Below the pieces are notes generated by a model. That model worked only from the letters and a program-made list of their open reading frames with translations, did no database searches and was not told where the DNA came from. A DNA stretch of 62,519 bases from positions 99,076,511 to 99,139,029 of the forward strand of contig JARDVH010000193.1 of NCBI GenBank assembly GCA_030324005.1, read 5' to 3'. Positions 1 through 12,610 of the stretch are shown here, piece by piece. Position numbers and translations under genes: made by a program. The first letter of the stretch is position 1; each line of letters opens with the position of its first letter. Source of the stretch: Negaprion brevirostris. Taxonomy: Eukaryota.

Positions 1-1817
1 GCCTGTTCCTGCACTGCAATGTTCTTTATTTGTGTTGGAAATCAGAATGTCTGTGTACAATTCCATCTTAGTTACTTCAATGAGAAAAGAAAAATATCAC
101 TGTTTATTATTATATATAAATATATAAAATATAAGAGAGAGAGAGAGCACAAATGCAGTTGCAGGTAGGAGGAGACTGCCAAGGCGGGCATGAGGCATCA
201 GGTCATTGTGGATCAAAGTACAAGTCAAAACCAACTGCCACGATAGATACAGTTCCTAAGGTACTGGTACTCAGGCAGCTGACTCTGGCATCAGGATAAT
301 GTTTTCTTTGCCGTACAGCCTCTCACTATACTCCTCTGGCCTCTTCTTGACTGGGAGGTGGTTCTGCTGTGGATGCTGCTCACTACTTTGTCCACTGTTA
401 AAGTAGCTGGTCTTGTCTCAATTCCCTTAGCTGAACTTAATTGGTTTAAAAGGGCTTCCTTGACCAACCTCTGATGGCAACAAGTTCACAACCCCCTTAA
501 AAGTCCTACTGCTTACTATTCTTAAGTGCAAGTCTCTCAGCTCCAGCAATGATTACTCTGTGTCACAGGTTTAAGAGCTGAACATAGATTTCCTTTTCTT
601 AAATGTATTGACCACTACATCCATTAGCATGCGTGGCTGCCAGCTGTGCTCATGACAGACACTCTATTCTTCCCCATGCAGTTTGGTTAAAATAATGAAA
701 ACATCTGCTGTAAAGCCTTTTAACAGACTCTACAATGAGCTCAACAGCCAGTTAATTGGAGGCTTGCCGGTTTCTGTATTCCCTCCTTCCCACGCTTTTG
801 AGAATTGCATTGTAATCCAGAGACATCAGTATGTATTAGCATCATTAGGAAATACAAGTTTCAAATGGCACCTATGACCAAACTCACCTCCGTGGCAATA
901 AGAATCTAGCCCAGGGTCGCTGCCTTTCTGTCACCTTTTGGCTTCTGTAATTTTTGAACGCGCAAATTTTAACTCAAGTTTTTCTAACTGGTCTCAAGGA
1001 GATCTCTCAAAGCAATTAGCAGAAATTGAATTGCTTTAAAGTTCAACCAGTGTACCTTAGCTGTGAAAATCTGAAGATANNNNNNNNNNNNNNNNNNNNN
1101 NNNNNNNNNNNNNNNNNNNNNNNNNNNNNNNNNNNNNNNNNNNNNNNNNNNNNNNNNNNNNNNNNNNNNNNNNNNNNNNTGAAGATAACTCAATTCTACA
1201 ATTTTCTGGGGACAATCTCTTATGATGTATCAGCATGCATGATCAAGCAACAGCAGCCAGATCAATGTTGCAAGGCAAGGGGATGAGAGGTACCAAACCT
1301 GGGGTAAAGAGAGTGGTAAGGTGGTGAGGAAGGGAGGGGTGGGGGTGGTAGATGGAACAGGGAGCCATGGGGGTACTTGGCACAAAGGTTTTGTGACCAT
1401 GGTGCGCGGAGACAAGTGACAGTGGTAGGCATTTTGTTTTAACTTCTGAAAGGCAGCATCCAAGTTAACATCTCTTCAAGTGAATAGAAAGACCATAACC
1501 TCCTAATTCTGGCAGACAATTTGTGCACTGACTCACTGCCCCCCTTTGCTCCAATAACCACCAATATAATTATATGGATGAGTGCTTAATTGCAGCAAAC
1601 TGCTCTTGGAAAATCTATTAAAACCCAGTATTTTTAAACAGTAGCTACTAACAACTCTGGTTTCGATGAATGTAACAGTCTCCTTACTTGTGCCCAAGTA
1701 TTTAGGACTAATTTTATAAGACTGCTTTATTAGCAATGAACTCATCTGTTCACAATTTGTGTGTTGTTATTTGCATAATCATTGCTTGCCATTAACACAG
1801 GTTTCAAGTTTCTAATA

Positions 1818-2685
1818 TGTGAGATAATATTATGTGTTTAATAAATGCAGTTTTATTAAGTTTCTTGTAAAGGGTATGCTTGAAAGTCAGTTATATTTTA
1901 TTTGGTGCCGATTTGTCTGAGCAACAGACAGTTCAAATGTTGAGAATGCAGGGTAATGATTGACTTTAGCTAATACTGTGGTCAAACAGAACTGATGCAT
2001 TTGTGTTTACTTAGATTTCCCTTGACTTTTCAGAGTAGGGTTTGGATTAAGTTGACTGCTAGAGTTATGTCATTAATGGGAGATGCTAAGCTTTCAGGAA
2101 AGTCAGTAGGTGGGATTTAATGGCCTTGCTAGTCCCAAAACTGTAAGATCCCTCCCGAGTTCAATGGATCTTTCCATGTGGGTGGGATGATAAAATTTCA
2201 GTCAGTGCTTTAGTTTCATTTTTTATTAAATGAAGAGTAGTTGCTGACTGGAGCTGTTTAAGAGGTGGTGCTTTATCTCTAAAGAAAACTCTCTCTCTCT
2301 CCAGAGGTGTTCAAAGCATTCTAGGACTGTTAACAAGTATAAGCATACAAGCCTGTGTTGTTTGCTAATTGATGTTGAAAAGGGGTTTTAAGACTGTAAG
2401 AGGAATATTGCTTGAATTTGATCTAATAGAGATAGATTAGCAGTTAAGAATTGTATCTTGTCTTGTACAATTATTGTTCAAATGTTAAATGCTAAACTGT
2501 TTCATTTATTATAGTTAAACTGTATTGTCAAATGAAGTTTATTCTGATAAAAGCTCCCTAGTGTGTCAATAGAATCATACCTGGGGTAAGACACCTTATT
2601 CTCACTTTAATACCAAAATAGCAAATATTTGGGATCTAATCTAACTTCAGAATATACCTTAGGATTTCTGCCCTGTACCCTATCA
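1818..2685. mobile_element. Possible solo LTR (LTR retrotransposon), interrupted by a MITE
   Basis: Starts TG(TGAGA) and ends (CCTAT)CA. Flanks aata/tata give an imperfect 4-bp TSD. AT-rich, non-coding, about 770 bp without the MITE. Confidence 0.4.
2108..2203. mobile_element. PIF/Harbinger-type MITE (internally deleted)
   Basis: Degenerate TIRs aggtgggatttaat ... ataaaatttcagtc, with 3-bp TSD agt (2105-2107, 2204-2206). TIR type shared with 56263-56389. Confidence 0.6.
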
Positions 2686-3127
2686 TATATAATTTTCCTT
2701 GCAAACTTGTGTGAACACATGAAATTACCACTTATACATTAGCACACCCAAGAATATCTTCAGTCTCACTCATTGGAAAATATCTTCCTGCATCCAGATT
2801 CTGTACTGCATAGAAGTCTTATAACCGTGGAATCAAATGTCCAAAATAAAGGTGCAAATTATTCTGTGCTCAAACCAGTTCTTAACTTATAACTTACATT
2901 CTCCAGTGATAGTAACACTCCTTTAGTTATTCAGGTATATTCTGATCAGTGGTGAAGATTTGTGCCAAATAGCAGACTACTTTTAAAGAAAGAATATCAA
3001 CTACTTCTAACTTCTAATTTCTTAGAAATGAGGATTTTGAGTTTTATTGATTTAAAGTTAAAGCATTTGTGAGAGCCAGAATATCATTCTATTATGGCCC
3101 AATTCCGCAATTTCTTTGTTCAACCTT

Positions 3128-3202
3128 AAGACCATAAAATATAGGAATAGAATTAGGCCATTCAACCCATTAAGTCTACTCCATCATTCAATCATGTCTG
3201 AT
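3128..3202 (-). mobile_element. CR1 LINE 3' tail (continues at 4098-4440)
   Basis: Minus strand reads ...gggttgaatggcctaattctattcctatattttatggtctta, a typical CR1 3' UTR end. Confidence 0.75.
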
Positions 3203-4097
3203 TTGATTTGATTTATTATTGTCACATGTATTAGCATACAGTGAAAATTATTGTTTCTTGCATGCTAAACAGACAGAGCATACCATTCATAGGGAAGGAN
3301 NNNNNNNNNNNNNNNNNNNNNNNNNNNNNNNNNNNNNNNNNNNNNNNNNNNNNNNNNNNNNNNNNNNNNNNNNNNNNNNNNNNNNNNNNNNNNNNNNNNN
3401 NNNNNNNNNNNNNNNNNNNNNNNNNNNNNNNNNNNNNNNNNNNNNNNNNNNNNNTTTTTCCCAATGGAAGACGGTGGAAGAGAGAATATCTGGGTGAATG
3501 GGTTCATTAACTGTGCTGGCTGCTTTGCCAAGGCAGAGAAAAGAGTTGATGGATGGGAGGCTGGTTTGCATGATGGATTGGGCTACCTTTTGCAGTTCCT
3601 TATGGTCTTGGGCAGTGGAGGATACAACCAGAAAGAATACTTTCTATTGTGCATCAGTAAAAGTTGGTGGGATTGTAGTTGATGTGCCAAATGTCCTCAG
3701 TCTTCAGTAGAGGCATTGTTGGGCTTTCTTAATTATAGTGTTGGCATGGGAGGACCAGGACAGGTTGTTGATGATCTGGACACTTAAAAGCTTGAATCTC
3801 TCGACCCTTTCTACTTCATCCTTGTTGATGTAGATAGAGGCAAGTTCTTCTTTACATTTTCTGAAGTAGATGACAATCTCCTTCATTTTGTTGACTTTGA
3901 GAGAGACGATTGAGTGCAGGGCCAGAGAGATGTCATGGACATCTTGCGGCAGTAGGCAAGCTGTAGTGGATCTAGGCAGACCAGAAGACCGGAATTGATT
4001 TGTGCCATGACTAACCTTTCAAAGCACTTCATAATGATGGATGTCAGAGCTACCGGATGATAAACATGCAGGCGTGCTGCTTGGCTTTTCTCAGTTC
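3203..4097 (-). mobile_element. Rex1/Babar-type LINE remnant, 5'-truncated with internal RT deletion, nested in CR1
   Basis: Minus-strand peptides YHPVALTSIIMKCFERLVMAQIN...LDPLQLAY and KEIVIYFRK...INKDEVERVERFKLLSVQIINNLSWSSH. (CAAAT)n tail. ctgat duplicated at 3198-3202 and 4098-4102. Confidence 0.85.
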
Positions 4098-4440
4098 CTG
4101 ATAAGCTTCTCAACCCTATTCTTCCCCTTTTTTTCTGTAACCTTTTGTCCCTTTACCAGTCGAGAACCTTTCTATCTCTGTCTTAAATACACTCAATGAC
4201 CTGGCCTCTACAGCCTTCTGTGGCAATGGATTTGATAGATTCACTACCATCTGGTCAAAAAAGATTCCTCTATGTGTCAATTCTAAAGGGTTGTGTGTTT
4301 ACTTTGAGGGTTGTGCTCGCACATCCTAGTGTCTCCTACTAATGGAAACATCTTCCCCATATCCAATTTATCCAGGCCTTCCATTATTCAGTAATTTTCA
4401 ATAAGATCCCCCCTCATCTTTCTAAACTCTATCAAGTATT
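4098..4440 (-). mobile_element. CR1 LINE ORF2 C-terminus/3' UTR fragment
   Basis: Minus strand contains gatgaggggggatcttattgaaa (MRGDLIE motif) and gtgaatctatcaaatccattgccacagaaggctgtagaggccaggtcattgagtgtatttaagac. Confidence 0.85.
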
Positions 4441-7022
4441 AACTAATATTCTTGCTCCTGCTTGTCAGCCTGAAAATCCACTCATTACCAATTCATCTGA
4501 CATCTTCTGCCAGACTCCTTTAACTAATCAAAAACACAACTGTTATCAATGTAGGCCAAAGAGAATTTTTCTTCCTTATTCTGATTCATCTGTTAAAGAG
4601 GATTATCCAGAACAACAATCTCTCAGGCATTGTTCTTACTAAAACTTCATAGCTTCTTCTGAAGAAATGAAGATCTTCAACTTAGTTTGGTGTTTTCATT
4701 TGTGAGCAACTGCTTTAGAATCTGTATATCTGTTCCTTTAAATCTTATGAATGTAAGTATGCTTGTTAACGCACCACAGAGCAAAACACTGGGGAGACAG
4801 TTTCTCTGAAAGTTTCAGCTATATAAATTATTTCTTGCTGAAGTTGAGAATTGGCTCAACATCAGATGTTGTTTGGATTTTGAGAGGGGTGGAAACTGAA
4901 AGTCACTTTCCATATATTTATAAAGGATATAAAACTAGCCCAGAAAATTATAGTTCTATATCAATAAAGACTTATATAACTTCAAGATGTCCCATAATAC
5001 TTTAGTATTAGAATTAGTCTTCGGTACTTCCAAACTTGAGCGTTGATTAAAAAATAGACGCTTGTTGAAACTTTTAATTTTGCACTCATCAGGACAGATT
5101 CGCAAGGATACTAATTCTAAATGAAGCAACAGTTTATATTGCAATAGAAGATAGTGAAGATTGGTTGGCAAGTGGAACTTGATTCATAGAGGTGTTGCCT
5201 TAGAGAATGTACCAAGTAACAGTCTGGTCTGAATTTTTCCAAAAGTTTGAGAGTCAACTGCCCTGTCAACCAGAGAGGGTAGACAAGATCTTTGTGTTCT
5301 AACATCTTGGAAAGTCTGATAGTGTAGTGATCCCTTCAGCAATGCTCAGCCAAGATTATATAATACAATGTGCAAATCACCTCTGAATATTTTCCAGTTT
5401 TGACTTTCTCTTTGCCTTTAAATTTTTTAAAATTATTATTATTTGAGCATTTGTCCTCTGATGCTTATATTATAACAAAAGTTGCCACAAAAGCAAGAGG
5501 GAAAAATCTAAACAGGCCAATAATTCATCAAAAATATTAATAGATTTGTTAAAAATGCGGGCAATTCGATTATGTCATGAAACAAACCTCTGTATATTTT
5601 GTAAAGAGGGAGATGTTCTTCAAATTACACACACTGTAACTGTGGGATGTTAGTTCAGATGAACAAATTATAATCTAAAGATGTCAGACCAAAGTCCCAC
5701 TTCAGGTTACAGATAAGGCATTGGGTTACTGATAATACATCATGTCCTGTATGATTGATCCAGCAAAAGAAATTGATTTTTTTTTATCAGGTACATCAAA
5801 GTCCAAATTCAATAGTAAGAGCATTAAATTGGTTATTTCTTTGTAAATCTCTTCATTGTAATAATATTTTACAATCCAACAAATGTAATAACATTTTGAA
5901 TGTATTCCAACTACAACCTAAGATGATTCAACTCTGCTAGTAAAATATTGTAAAATGATATTAAGGCATAAATGCCAAGACCAGAATAGTTCATCCATTC
6001 ATACAAATTCATGGGGATGAATCTTTCAAGTGGATTCACTGTTTAATTTTTGACTGGAGTAATTTCACCACCTTCCTTCCAACCCATCATCCTGATATTA
6101 GGGAACACTGTCCCACTTGCCAATCCTAACTGTTAATAAATTGGCTGAGCATTTGATGTGTTCTGTCTCCCAAAGGGAAGAAATTATGGTTTGGCAGCAA
6201 ACTTGTACTTGGACTGGATGTTGAAACTCACCAGCATAAACCCATTGCCCTGTCAGTTCATAGGACAACATGCTGGCTAATGAGTGAAACTGCTGCCTTC
6301 TCTAGCTCACATTTCAATTGGGTTCCAACTTTTTTTAAGGCTGAATGGACTAGAGAATAAAAAGTGTCCAGCAAAGTGAATCTGAGATGCAAGAATGAAA
6401 CTGGAGAAAAGTGACAGAGTAGTCCATCATCTAATCCCTTTTTAATTAGCAGAAATGGGTGCTGACAAAATAACCCTTATTTGTCTACAGAGTACCATCT
6501 CCACAGGTCAGCATTGGCCTATGCCTCTAATGAGGTACAATCAAATTCCAGGTCAAGCTGTTTTTAATGTCCCTGCATGTCCCAGCCTCTGTTACTCAGT
6601 AACTACATATGTCTTTGCAGGAGTTGGGCACAAGTTTGAGTCTCCTTCTTTACTGCCAGGACCTGCTGAAATGATTGGNNNNNNNNNNNNNNNNNNNNNN
6701 NNNNNNNNNNNNNNNNNNNNNNNNNNNNNNNNNNNNNNNNNNNNNNNNNNNNNNNNNNNNNNNNNNNNNNNNNNNNNNNNNNNNNNNNNNNNNNNNNNNN
6801 NNNNNNNNNNNNNNNNNNNNNNNNNNNNNNNNNNNNNNNNNNNNNNNNNNNNNNNNNNNNNNNNNNNNNNNNNNNNNNNNNNNNNNNNNNNNNNNNNNNN
6901 NNNNNNNNNNNNNNNNNNNNNNNNNNNNNNNNNNNNNNNNNNNNNNNNNNNNNNNNNNNNNNNNNNNNNNNNNNNNNNNNNNNNNNNNNNNNNNNNNNNN
7001 NNNNNNNNNNNNNNNNNNNNNN

Positions 7023-7275
7023 ATTTTCATGGGATATGAGTAGAACTGACAAGGCCAACATCTATTTCCCATTCCTAATTGTCCTTGAGAAAATGCTGCG
7101 GAGCTGCTGCCTTGAACTGCTACAGTTCATGTGGTGTAGTATACAACAGTGTGATTAGTGAGAGAGGTCCAGGATTTTAATTCAGCAATGATATATTTTC
7201 AAGTGAGATTGGAACGGAAATTTGCAATGGTTATGTTCCAATGTGTGGTAGGTGGTAGACACTAGATGCTTGGAA
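7023..7275 (-). mobile_element. CR1/L2-group LINE 3' end (second tail family)
   Basis: Reverse complement of the tail type seen at 44137-44310 and 45340-45578 (…gcagttcaaggcagcagctc…ttctcaaggacaattagg…ttggccttgtcag…atcccatg). Confidence 0.7.
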
Positions 7276-10200
7276 CATGGAGCATCTCTCTTCACACTAA
7301 TAGGATTGAGCTAATATAATTAAGAGCAACTTGCACAATGGTTCATGAATGGCTCATGCTCTTGGCGAGACGGGAAAAATGGTGAGAGAGGCAAGACAAC
7401 GACTCAGAATTGCCTTAAAACATTTACTTTAGCAAACATTTGGCATAAATAACAAGATGAGGCTGGCACAGCTCTAGCTCCCAGTTGCCAATGAAGGTCC
7501 TGCATATTATTAGATATGAGTTTCCATCGCCAGCCCCAAATCCCAGTTCAATTGGATTGGAAATTGGCAGAAATCAAATTAATCTTATTTCAGTCCAANN
7601 NNNNNNNNNNNNNNNNNNNNNNNNNNNNNNNNNNNNNNNNNNNNNNNNNNNNNNNNNNNNNNNNNNNNNNNNNNNNNNNNNNNNNNNNNNNNNNNNNNNN
7701 NNNNNNNNNNNNNNNNNNNNNNNNNNNNNNNNNNNNNNNNNNNNNNNNNNNNNNNNNNNNNNNNNNNNNNNNNNNNNNNNNNNNNNNNNNNNNNNNNNNN
7801 NNNNNNNNNNNNNNNNNNNNNNNNNNNNNNNNNNNNNNNNNNNNNNNNNNNNNNNNNNNNNNNNNNNNNNNNNNNNNNNNNNNNNNNNNNNNNNNNNNNN
7901 NNNNNNNNNNNNNNNNNNNNNNNNNNNNNNNNNNNNNNNNNNNNNNNNNNNNNNNNNNNNNNNNNNNNNNNNNNNNNNNNNNNNNNNNNNNNNNNNNNNN
8001 NNNNNNNNNNNNNNNNNNNNNNNNNNNNNNNNNAAGGGAGGGTCTTGTGAAATGAAGAATCCTTAACAGGCTCTGAGAGTTATTGTTGACAAATACACCA
8101 GAAGCTTGGTTCCCTAGTGAACTTTGAATCGGGAACAGGTACTTTGGTTACATGATGGCGTACAGCTAATTGCAGAGTCTGGTTCTTAGACTGGTTTCCC
8201 ATTCGGATTAAGTGAACTACTGGGTCTGCTTTTAACCATAAAACTGTTGGATTAACACTTCTGATGCCCACCCAGTGTGTTTTGGATGAACAAAGCCATG
8301 GTATTATGTTGGGAAGTTGATAATATCCATTGAGTTTTGATTTTCCTTTTTTCCAGTATAAATCATGGAAACTCCATAGTTATCAGATGGTGATCCACGC
8401 TTGAACAATGAGATGTATGAATTCCATAGATGGCTGTGAGATACATCTACCTATATGCATATTTAATTAGATATCCTGTAGTCCAAATCCAGAAAGTCAA
8501 CTAATTTGTGGCAGTCATCTTATTAATGTTTGTGTTCAATGTTTGGAAGCATTGAATGTAAGTTCATAACAGGATGTGTTGTTTAAGATAGAAAACATTT
8601 CCCATTATACAAAATAGCATTACAAATGTATTAATTAAGCAGCAGTGACTATCAATTCACCTATAAAACCTTTGCAAAAACTCCCATGGGGTGAACAAGA
8701 TAACTAGCGAGTATTATTTTTCCAGACAGACTGTTTTTCAAGACATCGTCAAACTCAACTGTTTACATGCCTTTTTCTCACTCCCTTATAAAATCTGGGC
8801 GAGTGTTACCAGGTAACAGACCAGGAATAACCTGGGGTTGGAAGTAATAGGATGACCAGACAATGTTCAAATAGGACTGAGCCAAGAAAGAATGCAAGAA
8901 AGCTCTGGAGGCATGGGATATTTCTCCAATTGCACTTGGCCTAGATAGCCTGCACTACCATTAGCAAAAAAGTACTTTTAAAATTCATGGGATGTGGGAA
9001 ACCAACTGTCATATTATTTTTAAAAATCTCCAAATCTACTTGTCTCAATATCCTGCCTCCAACAAGAGATAAGAGATAGATCACAAGCTTGCCTCCCTAT
9101 ATGGTTGTCTGGTTTGCTTGGAAAATAATGCCAGCTTCAAATTAGAGGGAAAAGAATATGTAATATACCAAAATACTGTTTCAGTCCCAAGCCCTAGATA
9201 GCAAAGTGAAACAGGGCCAGATGCTCATGAAAGAGAGAATGGAGGTGATCAAATCTGATATTTTAACCAAATCTTATCATTGCTTCTTAAGTGGGACACC
9301 ATCTTTGACTCCATAACTGAAAATATTCAAAAGAAGTAGAATTTCTGCCTTGGACATTTTGCTGATTTTCTATCAAAACATCAGTGGAAGGTCCATGGAA
9401 ACATTAATTTTATGGTGGATGATCAGGAAATACTCTTGTGGAATTCCCGTCTCATGAGTCACGGTAACATTTGCTCATATTGGATTCCCTATAACCTGTT
9501 TGTTACATCAGGTAAATTCACTGAGCCTTGGGTGCTGTGCTCAATGTTTTAGTTGGAGAAACAGCATTTCAGCAAATTCCAAATTCCACATAGGTGAGAG
9601 ATGGAGAATTAATTGTGACTTCGGGTAAACTGGCAGAATAGGTTTCTCGCATGTCTTGCCATTTTTAACTGCAGCGTAACTCTATTTTTTTTTCTCTGTT
9701 GGGTTCTTGGGTATGGATAGCCAGTTTGACAGGCTTTAGGCTTTTTGAGTGGGAAGGCTCAACAAAGCTGCGGCTGATGTAAATGACAGAAGAGACATTG
9801 AGATTTTGGAGGACAGGAGAGAATCACTATTTGGAAGGAACAGAGGGGTCCTGATTGCACATGATTAGGGTGGGACTGGTGGGCTATTCAAAATATTGGT
9901 CAGGAGAAGGTATGGGGTTTGACTAGATCATAGAAGGGGCTTCAGGAATTGGTGGCAGGCGTTGTTAGGTAAACTGTTGGGGTCTGGAATAAGTACTCTT
10001 TCTCTGCCCGGCCCACAAGCAATTCTGAAAAGGATCCTTATCCCTTCCCTGCATAGGTCACTCATTATACACCATATCCTTTTTCAGTGACCCTCAAAAA
10101 CATCTCATAAAGCTGCCCACAACCAACAACAGGTTTTTTTTTGTTTGATTGAAAGGTAACTGCTTGCCAAGCTTCCTTCCTTTTCTTCACAAAACGTGGA

Positions 10201-10619
10201 GAGATCTTCAATATCCATGTGATCCAAAGAATCAGGAGGTGTGAGCATTAATTCAGCATTTACTTTGAAGTTCACATCAAGAGTTGGCCTCCTGACTCAG
10301 TACAAGTTATTTTTGAAAACAGTTTTGCAACTTGGCAAGACCGTTCAATTGGTTCTTATTAATGTCAGCACAAAACAATTTTACACCAACCTTGAGATAC
10401 CTAATAGTTTTTGAATTTGTGAATTAATGCATTGCCTATTCAAGTCAGCACACATCGCGCTACGAAAAGAGATTTATAGCAGATATAATCTAAAAGTCAA
10501 TTTCTTCTGACATGTGAACAAATTAAATTAGCTGATCTGTTTGTGCTTTTGGCCAGTAATTGGAGAATAATGTGTACTGGAGAAATGAAGATTTATTTAT
10601 CATATTCATATACTATGCA

Positions 10620-10957
10620 GGGCGGCATGATTGCACAGTGGTTAGCACTGCTGCCTCCCAGCGCCAGGAACCCAGGTTCGATTGCTGGCATGGGATAGCG
10701 ATCCATATCAGGAATTGAACCTGGGTTCCTGGCGCTGTCTGTGTGGCGTTTGCATGTTCTCCCCGTGTCTGCATGGGTTTCCTCCTGGTGCTACAGTTTC
10801 CTCCCTCAGTCTGAAAGATGTGCTGATTAGTGCATTGCCCATGCTGAATTCTCCCACAATGTACCCGAACAGGCACTAGTGTGGCAGCTTGGGGATTTTC
10901 ACAGTAACTTCATTGAAGTATTATGTAAACATACTAGTCACTAGTAAATAAACTTCA
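10620..10957 (+). mobile_element. HE1-like V-SINE, alternative-tail subfamily, with internal inverted duplication
   Basis: tRNA-derived head with A box (gcacagtggttagc) and B box (ggttcgatt). V-domain tgcatgttctccccgtgtctgcatgggtttcctcc. Non-CR1 tail ending gtcactagtaaataaac. Confidence 0.9.
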
Positions 10958-11074
10958 GCCTAACTTTATACTCTACTTCTACGTAAGAATCAGAAACATA
11001 CTTATAGAGAAATGGAATCTGGTTCTTCTTTGGTGTTTCTCCTACCCTTCCAGAGCAACTTTAGTTGGCAGGGT

Positions 11075-11717
11075 ACAAAGGAGATTTACTAAAACGGTAA
11101 GGAGGATGCAGGATCTCAGTTAAGCAGAGAGACTAAAAAAAGTTGGGATTATTCTTTTTTTGAGAAGAGCAGGTTAAGGAGAGTTTTTTTCAAGTGTTTT
11201 GATAAAGTAAATAAGATTAACTTATTTAATAAAATAAAATTTGGCGTAACTATAAGGTTCATGGTGGGAGATATAGGAGGGATGTCCGAGGTAGATTCTT
11301 TCCTCCGAGAGTGGTTGGGGTGTGGAATAGACTGCCTGCTGTGATAGTGGAGTTGGACACTTTAGGAACTTTCAAGCAGTTATTGGATAGGCACATGGAG
11401 TACTCCAGAATTATAGGGAGGGGATAGCTTGATCTTGGGACTGGACATAGCTCAGCACCACATTGAGGGCTGCAGGGCCTGTAATGTGCTGTAATGTTTC
11501 TATTAACGATTTTCAGTTGTATAATTCACTATTACTGAAGACACAAGTTGAAGACATATGGTGAAAGAACCAGAGATGACATGAGGAAAGATGGGAAGTT
11601 GAAACATTTGCAGGACTAGAGGGAAAGAACAGGGATGATAGATTACTTTCCTAAAGAGGTAATGCAAGAACGATGGATTAACAATCGCCTTGTGTGCTGC
11701 AGCTGGCTATGATTCTA
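11075..11717 (+). mobile_element. Old CR1 3' fragment interrupted by a second CR1
   Basis: gagatttactaaaacgg…gagagactaaaaaaagttgggattattc…agagcaggttaaggagag (RFT..ERLKKLGLF..RLRGD-like). Resumes after 11507 and ends ctatgattcta. Confidence 0.7.
11222..11501 (+). mobile_element. CR1 3' fragment nested in CR1
   Basis: agagtggttggggtgtggaatagactgcctg…ttcaagcagttattggataggcacatgg…gggcctgtaatgtgctgtaatgtttct. attaac duplicated at 11216-11221 and 11502-11507. Confidence 0.8.
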
Positions 11718-11789
11718 GGATTTCCCTTACTACACACACTTCACACTACACTTGTGTAAAACCCTAATGAGGCTACTTCATGAGCAATG

Positions 11790-12610
11790 GGCACATTTGA
11801 ATATTGCACATCAGGAAAGATATATAACCTTGAAAGTGTGGTATGGTGTAGATTCAGCAGAATGATAAATGGAGCTAAAATGATTCAATTAGGAGGGCAG
11901 ATAGCAAAGAGTAGATCCCTTATTAAAGATTAAGAGGGTGGTGGCAGCAAGTCTCCAATGATCAGTGGCAGCAAGTCTCCAATAATCATGTGACCCGTTC
12001 TGCTAATTGGGCTGGAGTGTTCAAATCCTGGAACTGAGGGTGAGTTTGCTTGCCAGTTGGGATTCTGGAGTTGTGGAGTACAGTAAACTTTATATCACTC
12101 TCTGTACATAGTTACTGACCTTAATAGACCACTCATTCATTAATCTACTTGGTGGTTACTGTCCTTGTAAGGTACTAGAAAGGATGAACCAGTTGCGAAG
12201 GTTAAAAATGATTAGTGGATTAATAGGGTAAATAGAGAGAAACTGTACCTTGTGGTGAACGAAACTAGACTTTTAAAATTGGGACTAGGTCATTAACAGG
12301 TGATGCAGAGAGCGCTTCTTCACACAAAGGTGGTGGAAATCTGGAACTGCCTTCCACATGAAATCCCAACAATTGCTCTGGCCTTGTGCAATACCCTTCA
12401 AACACCTATTTCACATCTCATTCTAATTCTCTGGGCAACTGATAAAGCCACATTGACATTTTCAGTGCTATTGACGTTGGATTAATTGAAAGTTTCAAAT
12501 CCAAAACTGATAGATTATTTTTGGTAAGAGTATTAAGGCATATTGAACCAAGGCTGCTAAAGGGAGTTAGCCATAAGTCATTTGAATGTTGGAGCAGCCA
12601 AGAGTAACAG
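11790..12610 (+). mobile_element. Fragmented old CR1 ORF2 end/3' UTR
   Basis: catcaggaaagatata…aagattaagagggtg and ttcttcacacaaaggtggtggaaatctggaactgccttcc motifs, separated by unrelated inserts. Confidence 0.6.
11941..11988. repeat. 24-bp tandem duplication
   Basis: gtggcagcaagtctccaatgatca / gtggcagcaagtctccaataatca. Confidence 0.9.

Noticed and set aside
1070-1189. Direct repeats flanking ~100-N gaps (tgaagata here; also cctcctaaaaatcagaat at 23385/23502 and actgtctgtgtggagtctgcacatt at 49062/49187)
   Set aside because: Identical sequence on both sides of fixed-size gaps is typical of unmerged contig overlaps, not biological TSDs or duplications.
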